Of a DNA stretch of 64,000 nt, positions 18,489 through 27,665 are shown one piece after another; position 1 is the first letter of the stretch; every line of letters begins with the position of its first letter. The stretch is taken from positions 128,001-192,000 of the forward strand of contig JAXGPF010000011.1 in assembly GCA_040767085.1 (NCBI GenBank). Reading direction: 5' to 3'. The DNA comes from Kiritimatiellia bacterium. Lineage in GTDB: Bacteria; Verrucomicrobiota; Kiritimatiellia; JAAZAB01. Made by a program: the position numbers and the translations under genes. The notes beneath the pieces are model-generated. The model did not search any database. It was not told the DNA's origin and was given only the letters and a program-made list of their open reading frames with translations.

Positions 18489-19519
18489 GCCGCGCCTCGC
18501 TTTCCGCGCCCGGCCGCCCGGACCTGGGCGCTCCAGAAATCGGCATACCCGATGTCCGCCGCGGCCAGCGCGCGCGCCAGGCCGGCGTCCAGCGAGGTAT
18601 CGGGATTGGGATTGATTTCCAGCAGGTAAATCCGGCCGCGCCGGTCCATCCGGAAATCGAACCGGGCGTAACCGCGCAGGCCGGCGGCCGTCCAGGCGCG
18701 CAGCGCCGCCTCGCGCAAGGCCCGGGCGGCCCGCTCCGGCAGCCGGGCGGGGCATTGCGGCGTGGTGTTGCGGTAATACTCATGCCGGGGCTGCCACTTC
18801 GCCTGGTAGCCCACCAGGCGCGGCGCGCCGGCCGGCAGGCCGTCGAACCGGATTTCCGCGATGGGCAAAACTTCCAATCCGCGCCGTTCGATGACCGCGA
18901 CGTTGAACTCCCGGCCGTCAATGTATTGCTCCACCAGCGCCGGCCGGGCATAGCGCCGGGCCACGCGCCGGATTTGCACGGCCAGGTCGGTGCGGCGGCG
19001 CACCACGGAATGGCGGTAAATGCCGATGCCGCCGTCTTCCGCCGCCGGCTTGACGATCAGCGGCCAGCCGGCCGTCCGCGGCACATCCGCGGCGGCGGCG
19101 GCCAGCCAGCCGTCCGGGACATTCACGCCGGCGGCGCGCAGCAGCAGCTTGGTCTGGAATTTGTCCTGGCACAACTGCAAAGCGCGCGCGCCGTTGCCGG
19201 TGAAAGGGATCTCCAGCAGTTCCCACAAGCCGGCCAGGTGCGCTTCGTATTCCGGGCGGCCGCGGAAGCCTTCGCACAGATTCACCAGCGCGGCCGGGCG
19301 CAACCGCCGCAGGCGGGCGCAGATATCCGGCACGCTGTCCCGCACGGGGAGCAGCGCCGGCCGGGGCCAGCCGGCTTGCGCCAGGGCCGCCGCCGCCTGC
19401 CGCGCCGCGCCGGCCACCGCCTGTTCCGCCGCCGCTTCGCCGGTCCGGCCGCTGAGAGGCATGTAAACGCTATACACGATTGCCACGCGCTTTGTTTTGG
19501 TATGGTTGGCGGGTTGCAT
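18482..19519 (-). CDS. D-Ala-D-Ala ligase-like ATP-grasp protein
   Basis: VNLCEG, PFTGN, CQDK, IVKPAAEDGGIGI, YIDGREF, YARFDFR, LEINPNP; TGATG-coupled to the upstream gene. Confidence 0.88.
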   Translation of the reverse strand: MQPANHTKTKRVAIVYSVYMPLSGRTGEAAAEQAVAGAARQAAAALAQAGWPRPALLPVRDSVPDICARLRRLRPAALVNLCEGFRGRPEYEAHLAGLWELLEIPFTGNGARALQLCQDKFQTKLLLRAAGVNVPDGWLAAAAADVPRTAGWPLIVKPAAEDGGIGIYRHSVVRRRTDLAVQIRRVARRYARPALVEQYIDGREFNVAVIERRGLEVLPIAEIRFDGLPAGAPRLVGYQAKWQPRHEYYRNTTPQCPARLPERAARALREAALRAWTAAGLRGYARFDFRMDRRGRIYLLEINPNPDTSLDAGLARALAAADIGYADFWSAQVRAAGRGKRGAAC

Positions 19520-20583
19520 CAGGCAAGGCCGCATCGTTTAAGGGCAATTTGCGCAACGCGCAGGATCAGGGCATCGTAATCGTAACCCGCCGCGCGCGCC
19601 GCCGCCGGCAGCGCGGAATTATCGCGGGGATCCGGCAGCACGCCGGGCAGCGGATTCAATTCGATGATTTTGGGAACGCCGGCGGCATCCAGCCGGATGT
19701 CCATCCGGCACCAGTCGCGCAGACGCATTACCCGCGCGACGCGCAAGGCCAGCGTGCGGATGGCTTCGACGAGTTCCGGCGGCGCCTTCGCCGGGCAGAC
19801 GTGGATCGCCAACGGGCGGGCCGGATCGTCCCACACCCATTTGGCTTCGTAGCCGTAAACCGGATTGGCGCCCGGCGGCAGCACGGAGTGGTCAATTTCC
19901 ACCAGCGGCAAAACTTCCCAGTCCGGCGCATTGCCCAGCAGTCCGACCGTGAATTCCCGGCCCGGCAAAAACTCCTCCACCAGCGCCGGCTGGGCATACC
20001 GGCGCAACACGGCCTGCGCCTGCGCCATCAGGTCGGCGCGGGTGCGCACCATGCTGGCATTACCGATACCCATGGACGACCCCTCCCGCAGGGGCTTGAC
20101 GATCGCCGGCAGGGGGAAATCCGCCAGGCTGCCGAGCTCCGCCGGGGAGTCCACCATGCGGAAGGCCGGCGTCGGCAGGTGGTTGGCCAGCAGGATTTCC
20201 TTGGCGCGGGACTTGTCCAGGCAGAGGCCCAAGGTCAAGGCATCCGAGCCCAGGCAGGGGAGATCAAGCATCTCGCAAACGATCGGGATGTGGCATTCGC
20301 GGTTGGCGCCGCCGAAGCCCTCGGAGATATTGAAGACGAAGTCAGGGCGCAGGGCGCGTAATTTCTCGAAAACCGCAACATCGCCTTCCAGCCGGGTTAC
20401 CTTGTATTTGCGCGATAAAGCCACATCCAGCGCCGCAATGGTTTCCTCGGTGTCGTATTCCGCCAACTTATCCGGAGGCTCTTCGTCTTCGGCCACAGGC
20501 TCGGCCGGACGACGATTCGGAGCCACCTCCAAGGCTTTATGTTTGGATGAATAAACCAGAGCAACGTGCAATGTTGTCTTCAA
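19519..20583 (-). CDS. D-Ala-D-Ala ligase-like ATP-grasp protein
   Basis: FNISEG, CLDK, VKPLREGSSMGI, FLPGREF, RMDIRLD, IELNPLPG; TTG start. Confidence 0.88.
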   Translation of the reverse strand: MKTTLHVALVYSSKHKALEVAPNRRPAEPVAEDEEPPDKLAEYDTEETIAALDVALSRKYKVTRLEGDVAVFEKLRALRPDFVFNISEGFGGANRECHIPIVCEMLDLPCLGSDALTLGLCLDKSRAKEILLANHLPTPAFRMVDSPAELGSLADFPLPAIVKPLREGSSMGIGNASMVRTRADLMAQAQAVLRRYAQPALVEEFLPGREFTVGLLGNAPDWEVLPLVEIDHSVLPPGANPVYGYEAKWVWDDPARPLAIHVCPAKAPPELVEAIRTLALRVARVMRLRDWCRMDIRLDAAGVPKIIELNPLPGVLPDPRDNSALPAAARAAGYDYDALILRVAQIALKRCGLA

Positions 20584-20750
20584 GCTTAAACCTTTATGAC
20601 CGGTGTCATGCGCCTGATTCCCGGCTCACCGGCCGGTTTTCCGCGGCGCGCTTCCGCCATACCACATACTACTATCCGTACTATCCGTAGTATTGCCGGA
20701 AGTTTAAACAACTATATTTAGTTGTCAATAGTTTTGGGCTGTTTTTTTAA

Positions 20751-21254
20751 TTAAAAATAATGGCGCAGCCCTAACCGCAGACCGGCATCGTTGTTGCGGC
20801 CGCCTTCTTCGTCGTCGGCAAACGCGTCTTCGCTGGCAAGGTCGTAAAAAATCTCCGTCGAAATGGCCAGGGTCTGCGAGAGAAAGAATTTCAAACCGGC
20901 GGCGGTATCCAGCAGCAGATAATTCTTGTCGTAATGGCTGCCGAAGTCGAACATCACGCGGGCGGCCAGGAACGGCATGACGGCATTGTAGGTGTCAAAG
21001 TTAATTTCGCCGAACGTGCCGATGCGGTAGCCCATGTCGCGTCCGTCATACAACATGCCCAGCATGCCGCCGGCCTGGATGTTATCCATGAAAAAATATC
21101 CCAGGGTGGGATAGACCATGAACTCGACATCGCCGTCGGGGCTGTCGAAATCCAGGTTGCCCTGTAATCCCAGCTCCAGGGTGTCCTTCTCGATGACCGC
21201 GCCGAACCCGCTCACCGCGGCCAGCAACATCGTCAGCAACATAGTTTTTTTCAT
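20751..21254 (-). CDS. Outer membrane beta-barrel protein
   Basis: Signal peptide, alternating amphipathic strands, terminal GLRHYF; AGGAGG RBS. Confidence 0.8.
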   Translation of the reverse strand: MKKTMLLTMLLAAVSGFGAVIEKDTLELGLQGNLDFDSPDGDVEFMVYPTLGYFFMDNIQAGGMLGMLYDGRDMGYRIGTFGEINFDTYNAVMPFLAARVMFDFGSHYDKNYLLLDTAAGLKFFLSQTLAISTEIFYDLASEDAFADDEEGGRNNDAGLRLGLRHYF

Positions 21255-21350
21255 GAGCGCCAATCCTCCTGTATTGTTTTGCCGGCCTTTTTACATGAAT
21301 TTAAAATGTTGTCAACAGATAATTTTTTTCTGTATTTTCAGCACCGTCTT

Positions 21351-21956
21351 TCAGCCGGAAACCGTTGCGTCCAGCCCGGCCAGCGGCGCCGCGCGCAGCG
21401 GCGCATAAACGGGGCCGCCGGGGCCGAGCCGGCTTTCCATCAGGCAAATCCGCTCGACGGCCAGCGCGCCGAACACGGCGGCGGCATTCCGCGCGATCGC
21501 CGCCGCCAGGCGGTCGGAGTTCCTGGCGGAACGCACGCGCCCGATGGTCAGGTGCGGGTGAAATGCCTTTTCGCGCTCGCCTAAAGCGGCGCTGTTCCGC
21601 GGCATGGCGCGGCAGAGTTGCCGCTGCATTTCCGCCAGGGGGTCGGCCGGCTGCAACCCGGCCCAGATGATCCGCGGCGCGCGCGGCGGACCGAAGCAGC
21701 CCAGCCCGGCGGCTTCCACGGCACAGCGCCGGCTGGCCGCCGCCGCCGCGGCGACCGCATCGGCGACAGCCGGAATTTCCGCGGCCGGGACATCGCCGAG
21801 AAACAACAAGGTGCAATGAATGTTTTCCGGCCTGGTCCAGCTGACATGGCCCTGGGCCAGGGCCAGCCGCCGCTGCATCCGGACCAGCGCGGCCCGGACG
21901 GCGTCGTTGATTTCGACCGCCACGAATGCGCGGATATGCCCGGGCGAGGCCATCAT
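21351..21956 (-). CDS. thpR: RNA 2',3'-cyclic phosphodiesterase
   Basis: RAFVAV, two HxT motifs (IHCTL, PHLTI), PRIIWAG, ESRL. Confidence 0.88.
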   Translation of the reverse strand: MMASPGHIRAFVAVEINDAVRAALVRMQRRLALAQGHVSWTRPENIHCTLLFLGDVPAAEIPAVADAVAAAAAASRRCAVEAAGLGCFGPPRAPRIIWAGLQPADPLAEMQRQLCRAMPRNSAALGEREKAFHPHLTIGRVRSARNSDRLAAAIARNAAAVFGALAVERICLMESRLGPGGPVYAPLRAAPLAGLDATVSG

Positions 21957-23899
21957 CAGGCCGTGATTTTCAGGAAAGGCAGTTTATCCGAGGGCAGTTG
22001 GCCGGAAGGCCGGGCCGCGCGGCGCAGGCAGCGGAACTTGATGCCCCAGGCCCGGCCGTGGTTGGACGCCAGGGCAAAGACCACGGTATGCCGGCCCTGG
22101 CCGGCCTGGAACGGGATCAGCGCCTTGTCCACGCCGGCCGGGTTGGCGCCCTTGCGGTCGCAATACACGGCGCGCCCGTTGATCCAAATTTTCACCGGGC
22201 CGTCATACCCCACGCCCAGGTTGATGCGCGCGGCCTTGGCGCAGACCAGGCGGCAGACAAAATACACCATCAGGTCGCGCGGCGCGCAGTTGAATTCGTC
22301 CCGGTGCAAATCCCAAAAACCGCCGGGGAACTTCCGGAGCTTGAGGCCCAGCCGGCGGAAATTCGCCGGCAGTGGCAGTTTGCGGATATCCGCCGGCGCG
22401 GGCAGCGGGCGGCTGACCAGGGCGCGGTCGGCAAAGTTGCCGGCGAGCGCGGGCGCCTGGCCGACATTCAGCGTCCTGAGATCCCGCAGCATGCGGCGCC
22501 GCAATTGCGGCGTATTCAAAGGCAGCGGTCCGAACACCGGCAGGGAGCGGTCGGCGCCGTCGGTGATATTGCAACAGGGCGCCAGGCCGCGGCCATAATG
22601 TAAAACCATCCCGGCGTGCAGCGCCGTGGCGCGCAAGACCACGGCTTGCTTGCGCAATTCGACGCGGTAGGCGTATTCCATGCCGGACGGGTCGGCAAGC
22701 GTGAAGCCGGCCGGGCGGCCGGCCGCCTGCAATTGTCCAGCGACATGCTTGAAGGTCAACACGACATGCGCGCAGTTATGCTTGCGGTCGCGCTCGAAGC
22801 TGATGCCGCCCAATTCGATCGGCGGTAAGCCGCGGGCGGGTTCGCGGCGCAAGATCAGCATCGCCTGCGCCAGCCGGCGGCCCAGCCGGACCATCTCCCG
22901 CCCGGCGACGTGGATGGAATCGTCCAGGGCCAGGTCAATCGCCGGCACGGTCAGGAGATTTTTAATCAGCCGCGGCAGGCAGCGTTGTTGTTCCTGAATT
23001 TGATTCCAGAACACCGCGCGGTCGGGCTGCCAATTATAAACCCCGGCCAGTTGGACGATGGCCCACGGCAGCCGCGGCTGGCGGAAATCGCGGCGGACGG
23101 CGGCCACGAGGCGCTTCATCCGGCGGGTATACTGGCCCGCGCTTTTTTCCTGGGCATCCGACTCGCCCTGGTACCATAACATCCCGGCCGCCTGGCCGCC
23201 GCTTTTGACAAACCGGCGCAGCATGGCGCCGTAAAGGCTGCGTGAGCCGAGACGTTTGCGCGCGGGATCCCATTGCTCCATGGACGACCCGCCATGGGCG
23301 CAGGCCAGCAAGCCTTGCGGCACGCCGGTCTGACGGAGCATTTCCCGTCCAAAGCTCATGGCCGGACCAACCCCCACCCCGTTGGGCCGGCCGCGCGGCG
23401 CGCGCGCGCGCGGCGTCCGTGAATCCGGCCAGCCGCTGTGGACCGCATCCACCGACTCGGCCAGGACGTGGATCGGGTCGCGCGCCACGCCCCATTCGTC
23501 GTTCATGTACATGGCGCGCACCAGGGGGTGCGGCTTCATCGCATCGCGCAGGCGGCCGATGCCTTCCATGTTCGACTGGCCGGCCAGCACCCAGACATCG
23601 CCAACCAGCACATCGGCGATGGTGATTTCCTCCAGCACGGCGCCGGCCGGGGAGCGGATGGCCAGGACGATGGCATAAGGGCCGCCGGCCGGCAGACCGC
23701 GCAGGCGGCCGGCGAACTTCCCGCCGCGCGCGCGGCCGATCGCCCGCGCCTTGAAGCCCGGCAGACTGCGCCCATTGCGCGCCGCCGCGGCCGTCACAAT
23801 CCCCGCCTGCGCGCAAACACCCGCAATGCTGGCATCGCAGCGATTGCTGCGGTCGCGCTGCAGCACCATCCTGTCAAACAATCCGGTTTTGATTTCCAT
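21956..23899 (-). CDS. Sialate O-acetylesterase (SASA) family protein
   Basis: MVLQRD, GGPY, VGDVWVLAGQSNM, WYQGESD, DSIH. Confidence 0.87.
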   Translation of the reverse strand: MEIKTGLFDRMVLQRDRSNRCDASIAGVCAQAGIVTAAAARNGRSLPGFKARAIGRARGGKFAGRLRGLPAGGPYAIVLAIRSPAGAVLEEITIADVLVGDVWVLAGQSNMEGIGRLRDAMKPHPLVRAMYMNDEWGVARDPIHVLAESVDAVHSGWPDSRTPRARAPRGRPNGVGVGPAMSFGREMLRQTGVPQGLLACAHGGSSMEQWDPARKRLGSRSLYGAMLRRFVKSGGQAAGMLWYQGESDAQEKSAGQYTRRMKRLVAAVRRDFRQPRLPWAIVQLAGVYNWQPDRAVFWNQIQEQQRCLPRLIKNLLTVPAIDLALDDSIHVAGREMVRLGRRLAQAMLILRREPARGLPPIELGGISFERDRKHNCAHVVLTFKHVAGQLQAAGRPAGFTLADPSGMEYAYRVELRKQAVVLRATALHAGMVLHYGRGLAPCCNITDGADRSLPVFGPLPLNTPQLRRRMLRDLRTLNVGQAPALAGNFADRALVSRPLPAPADIRKLPLPANFRRLGLKLRKFPGGFWDLHRDEFNCAPRDLMVYFVCRLVCAKAARINLGVGYDGPVKIWINGRAVYCDRKGANPAGVDKALIPFQAGQGRHTVVFALASNHGRAWGIKFRCLRRAARPSGQLPSDKLPFLKITA

Positions 23900-23941
23900 A
23901 TGATTGTTTCCCCCTGGAATTGTGAGTGTTCGGTGTTAGTG

Positions 23942-24142
23942 CCCCGGCGGGTTTACTCCGCCGGAGACCAAGGTTATAAGTGTTCGGTGTTCGGTAATTT
24001 CAAAAGTCCCCCGACGGGCTTGTTCCACCTGCGGCGGACAAGCCCGTCGGAGACCTAGGTTATGCAAAACGCCATGTGTTGTTTAAAAATAACACCTTGT
24101 GTTTTTGCATAACCTTTCGTTCCTGCCACGCAAGGTGGCAGG
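23942..24142. repeat. Cluster of intergenic hairpins
   Basis: Two related CCCCG(G/A)CGG...CCG(C/T)CGGAGACC(A/T)AGGTTAT units, AGGTTATGCAAAA/TTTTGCATAACCT, CCTGCCAC/GTGGCAGG. Confidence 0.55.
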
Positions 24143-24164
24143 GGACGACTTTTGATATTGAATC

Positions 24165-24767
24165 TTACGATAAAATTATTTCGCGCAACGGACGCTTGGG
24201 CACATGATGGCGGCCGGCGGCATCGCGCCAGTACTTGATCGCGCCGCGGCGCGCGGTCTCCAGGATCACCGTCTCCCGCGGCCGGCCGAGGGCAAGGGCC
24301 AGCAGGATTTCGTAACGCGCGGGGATGCCCAGAACGCGGCGCAAGCGGGGGCGTTCGATGGAACCGATCATGCAGCCGCCCAGCCCCGCGGCCGCGGTGC
24401 CCAGCATGATGCTCTGGGCGGCAATGCCGTGGTCGCAGCCGAAATCCTTGCGGATGGCGGTGTCGCCCAGAATGACGATATAGGCCGCCGGGCGTTCCCC
24501 CGGCGTCGGCCCGGGCCAGTCTTTAAAATACCCGGCCCAGGCCAGGCATGGGAAAATTTCGGCATTGCGGCGCGGCGCATTGACCGGGATGAATTTCAGC
24601 GGCTGCAGGTTGCCGCCGGAAGGCGACAGCCGGGCCAGCTCGATCAACCCGCGCAGGGTTGACATGGGAATCCGCTGCTTTTCGTAAAACCGCCGGAAAG
24701 TGCGGCTGCGCTCCACCAAGGACGCCACGGCTGGCAGCCGGGGAATTCCGGCGGCGGGAATTTTCAT
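24165..24767 (-). CDS. Nitroreductase family protein
   Basis: SRTFRRF, SPSGGNLQPL, DHGIAAQSI, GLGGC, HVPKR. Confidence 0.9.
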   Translation of the reverse strand: MKIPAAGIPRLPAVASLVERSRTFRRFYEKQRIPMSTLRGLIELARLSPSGGNLQPLKFIPVNAPRRNAEIFPCLAWAGYFKDWPGPTPGERPAAYIVILGDTAIRKDFGCDHGIAAQSIMLGTAAAGLGGCMIGSIERPRLRRVLGIPARYEILLALALGRPRETVILETARRGAIKYWRDAAGRHHVPKRPLREIILS

Positions 24768-26131
24768 ATCTGCCAGGCCCCTTTTTTGGCGGAATCCCTG
24801 ATGACGGCGCAGGCGCGCGCCGGGCCGGTCTGCCGCAGGCGGTCGGCCAGCGGCTCATCCAGCGCCGGCAGCCGGCCGACGGATTGAAACAGGCGGTTGC
24901 GCGCGGCGGGCTTATTGCCGAATTCGGCGGCCGCCGCCGTGCCGTTGTACGGATAATTCGCATAGCCCGCCAGGATGGTATGCCCCACCATGATCGCCGC
25001 GCCGGCCAGGAACTGATCGGCGTAAGGCCGCAGCGCCTCCGCCGCCAGGTCGTCCACGAACGGCTGGCCCGCCTTGTTCATTTCCGTGCCGATCTGCACC
25101 GGCAGGTGCAGGCGGACGGCCAGCTTGACGATTTCGTCCAGCTTCTCCAGCTTGCGCGCGCGCGCCGCCGGGTCGGCAATTTTATGGTTGCGGTCGGGAA
25201 TGATGTTCAACGCGCAGACGCCTTTGGCGCACATGCATTCCAACATGGCCGCGGGATCGGCTTCGGCGGCGCTGCCGCCATCGAGCCAGGCGATCATGGG
25301 CAAGGCATCGCATTCGCGCACCCAGCGGATAAAGTCGTCCAAAGGCGGAAAAGTATGCGGGCCGGGCTGCTCGTAGCCGAGGCCGCCGGCCTTAACCAGC
25401 AGGGCCCGGATGAACTCCTCCATCGGCGCCTCGGCTGCGGCATGGCGGGCAATGACTTCGATGGGCTTCTTCGACAAGTCGGCCCAGAACCGGTGGTTGG
25501 CCGGCGCGGCGGGGAAGGCAGCTTCGGCCTTGCGGCGGTAGGCGCGCACGATGTGCCGTTCGGTGGGCGCGCCCGCCGGGGTCAATGGCAGAATTTCGGC
25601 GTCGTAATCCAGGGCAATCGCCGGCACGGCGGCGTTGATCCGGCTGACCAGCGCGCGGTTGCGCGCCTGTGCCTGCTCGCGGTACTGCTGCAGCACCACG
25701 CCCGGCGGCGAGCCCGGCGCCGGAAGGCGGACGAAGCCCGCGCCCATGATGTAAGCCACCCCGGGTTCGCCGGGCGAATTGATATCCGCTTCCGCGTATT
25801 CCGGGAAATATGCCCGGGTTTCGATGTTGACGGTTGCGCGCAGTTTCAATATCCGGCCGGCGGTCAAAAACTCGTCCAACCCATCCAGCACGTCGAAATC
25901 GCACAGCCCGGCGGCGAACAATCCCGCGCGCGCCGTATCCCAGGCCAGGTGCGCCGGGGAGCAGCCCAGGTTGTTGTATGAAAAAAACGAATGCATATGC
26001 ATGTTGGCCAGGGGCGCCTCGGCCGGCGGCCGCCAGCCCGGCCCCGCCGCCAGGCGCCGCAGGGTTTCCAACCGTTGCGCCTGGTCATACACATCCAATT
26101 CCGGTGCTTTGGAGTATGATTCTTTATTCAT
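24764..26131 (-). CDS. PHP-domain-like metal-dependent hydrolase
   Basis: NMHMHSFFS, GLCDFDVLDG, ERH, IPDRN, GTEMN. Confidence 0.7.
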   Translation of the reverse strand: MNKESYSKAPELDVYDQAQRLETLRRLAAGPGWRPPAEAPLANMHMHSFFSYNNLGCSPAHLAWDTARAGLFAAGLCDFDVLDGLDEFLTAGRILKLRATVNIETRAYFPEYAEADINSPGEPGVAYIMGAGFVRLPAPGSPPGVVLQQYREQAQARNRALVSRINAAVPAIALDYDAEILPLTPAGAPTERHIVRAYRRKAEAAFPAAPANHRFWADLSKKPIEVIARHAAAEAPMEEFIRALLVKAGGLGYEQPGPHTFPPLDDFIRWVRECDALPMIAWLDGGSAAEADPAAMLECMCAKGVCALNIIPDRNHKIADPAARARKLEKLDEIVKLAVRLHLPVQIGTEMNKAGQPFVDDLAAEALRPYADQFLAGAAIMVGHTILAGYANYPYNGTAAAAEFGNKPAARNRLFQSVGRLPALDEPLADRLRQTGPARACAVIRDSAKKGAWQI

Positions 26132-26289
26132 GGCGCCATTCTAAAGCTTCCGCCGTGAAAAATCCATGCTAAAATCCTGGCCCGGCAATCTGAAATTCTG
26201 GGGCGAACGTTACCGCCGGCATTTCGGCGGCCGGGTGATATCCCTGCCCTATCCGGCCGGCGTGGAGATGGTTGGCCGCGCGGCGGCCC

Positions 26290-26406
26290 GGGTGCGGAGA
26301 TGTCGGCTTGGTGCCGCCAGGCAACCGCCCGGCGAAACGATCCGGGGTCCGGCGGCGGCAAATAGAATGGACAAGCCGGAGCTTGGTTGCTATCTTTTCC
26401 GCACTC
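26290..26406 (+). promoter_or_regulatory. Candidate structured 5' leader of the decarboxylase gene
   Basis: Four nested stems ending just before the GAAAGGA RBS; no known family recognised. Confidence 0.35.
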
Positions 26407-26420
26407 GAAAGGATAATCGC

Positions 26421-27563
26421 ATGGTCTCGTTAAAAACACTCCAACAACTGGTCCGGGAATACGGCACGCCGCTGTTCGTGGTGGACCATGACGAGCTGCG
26501 CCGGAATTACCTGACCTTCAAGAAATACCTGCCGCGCGTCCAGGCCTATTACGCCGTGAAGGCCAATCCCGACCCGGCCATCGTCAAGACGCTGTACCAG
26601 GCGGGCGCGAGCTTCGATGTCGCTTCCATGCCGGAATTCATGGTGGTGTACGAAAACATCAAAGACCTGCCCCCCAAGGAGCGGCAGGATTGGATTTGGG
26701 ACAAGATCATCTACGCCAACCCGATTAAAGCCGAGGAAACCCTGCGGGAACTCAACCAGTACAAGGCGCTGGTAACCTATGACAACACCGAGGAAATCGC
26801 CAAGATCCGGCAATTCGCGCCCCAGGCCGGCCTGGTGCTCCGCCTGAAGGTTCCCAACACCGGCGCGATGGTGGAGTTATCTTCAAAATTCGGCGCGGCG
26901 CCAGGCGCGGCGGTGGATTTGATCCTGGAGGCCGACCGGGCGGGCTTGACGGTGGAAGGCTTGAGCTTCCATGTCGGCAGCCAGACCACGAATTTCGAAA
27001 ATTACGTGCAGGCAATCAACCTGGCCGCGGGCGTGTTCGAAGAAGCCCGCGCGCGCGGCTATACCAAGATGTTCCTGCTGGATATCGGCGGCGGCTTCCC
27101 GGCGCCTTACGATGCCACGGTCAAACCTTTCCGCGAGCTGGCCAGGAAAATCAACGCCGAGTTGGACCGGCTGTTTCCGAAGGAAATCCAGATCCTGGCG
27201 GAGCCCGGCCGGTTCATGGTGGCGACCGCCGGCACGGTCATCGCCAAGATCATCGGCAAGGCCGTCCGGGACGACAAGCTCTGTTATTACATGAACGACG
27301 GCGTCTATCACACCTTCTCGGGGATCATCTTCGATCACTGCCGCTATCGCCTGCAGGCGTTCAAGCGGGGGACGAAACAGATTTGCACCGTGTTCGGCCC
27401 GACCTGCGACGCGCTGGACGTGGTTTCCATGGCCGAGGAGTTGCCCGGCAACCTGGCGCGCGGCGACCTGCTCTACAGCCGGAATATCGGCGCCTACAGC
27501 GTAGCGTCATCCACGCCGTTCAACGGCTTCCCGCCCGCGCGGATCGTGCACGTCAATCAGTAA
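26421..27563 (+). CDS. Ornithine/lysine decarboxylase, alanine-racemase-fold PLP enzyme
   Basis: YAVKANP, FDVAS, SKFG, SFHVGSQ, DIGGGFP, AEPGRF, GPTCD, GAY; start at MVSLK. Confidence 0.9.
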   Translation: MVSLKTLQQLVREYGTPLFVVDHDELRRNYLTFKKYLPRVQAYYAVKANPDPAIVKTLYQAGASFDVASMPEFMVVYENIKDLPPKERQDWIWDKIIYANPIKAEETLRELNQYKALVTYDNTEEIAKIRQFAPQAGLVLRLKVPNTGAMVELSSKFGAAPGAAVDLILEADRAGLTVEGLSFHVGSQTTNFENYVQAINLAAGVFEEARARGYTKMFLLDIGGGFPAPYDATVKPFRELARKINAELDRLFPKEIQILAEPGRFMVATAGTVIAKIIGKAVRDDKLCYYMNDGVYHTFSGIIFDHCRYRLQAFKRGTKQICTVFGPTCDALDVVSMAEELPGNLARGDLLYSRNIGAYSVASSTPFNGFPPARIVHVNQ

Positions 27564-27603
27564 ACCAGCCTGGCCACTGGGCGTATCCGGAATCCGCTCT
27601 GCT

Positions 27604-27665
27604 GTAGTGGCCGAACTGTGTTCGGCTTCCGGAATCTGCTCTCCTGTAGCGGCCGCGCCGCCTAC
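27604..27665 (+). repeat. GTAG-type REP hairpins between convergent genes
   Basis: GTAGTG-GCCGAAC-TGT-GTTCGGC and a second GTAG unit. Confidence 0.5.

Noticed and set aside
18482-20583. Housekeeping ddl
   Set aside because: Lack the usual N-terminal GG.S.E and LHG..GEDG motifs and are not in a mur/dcw context.
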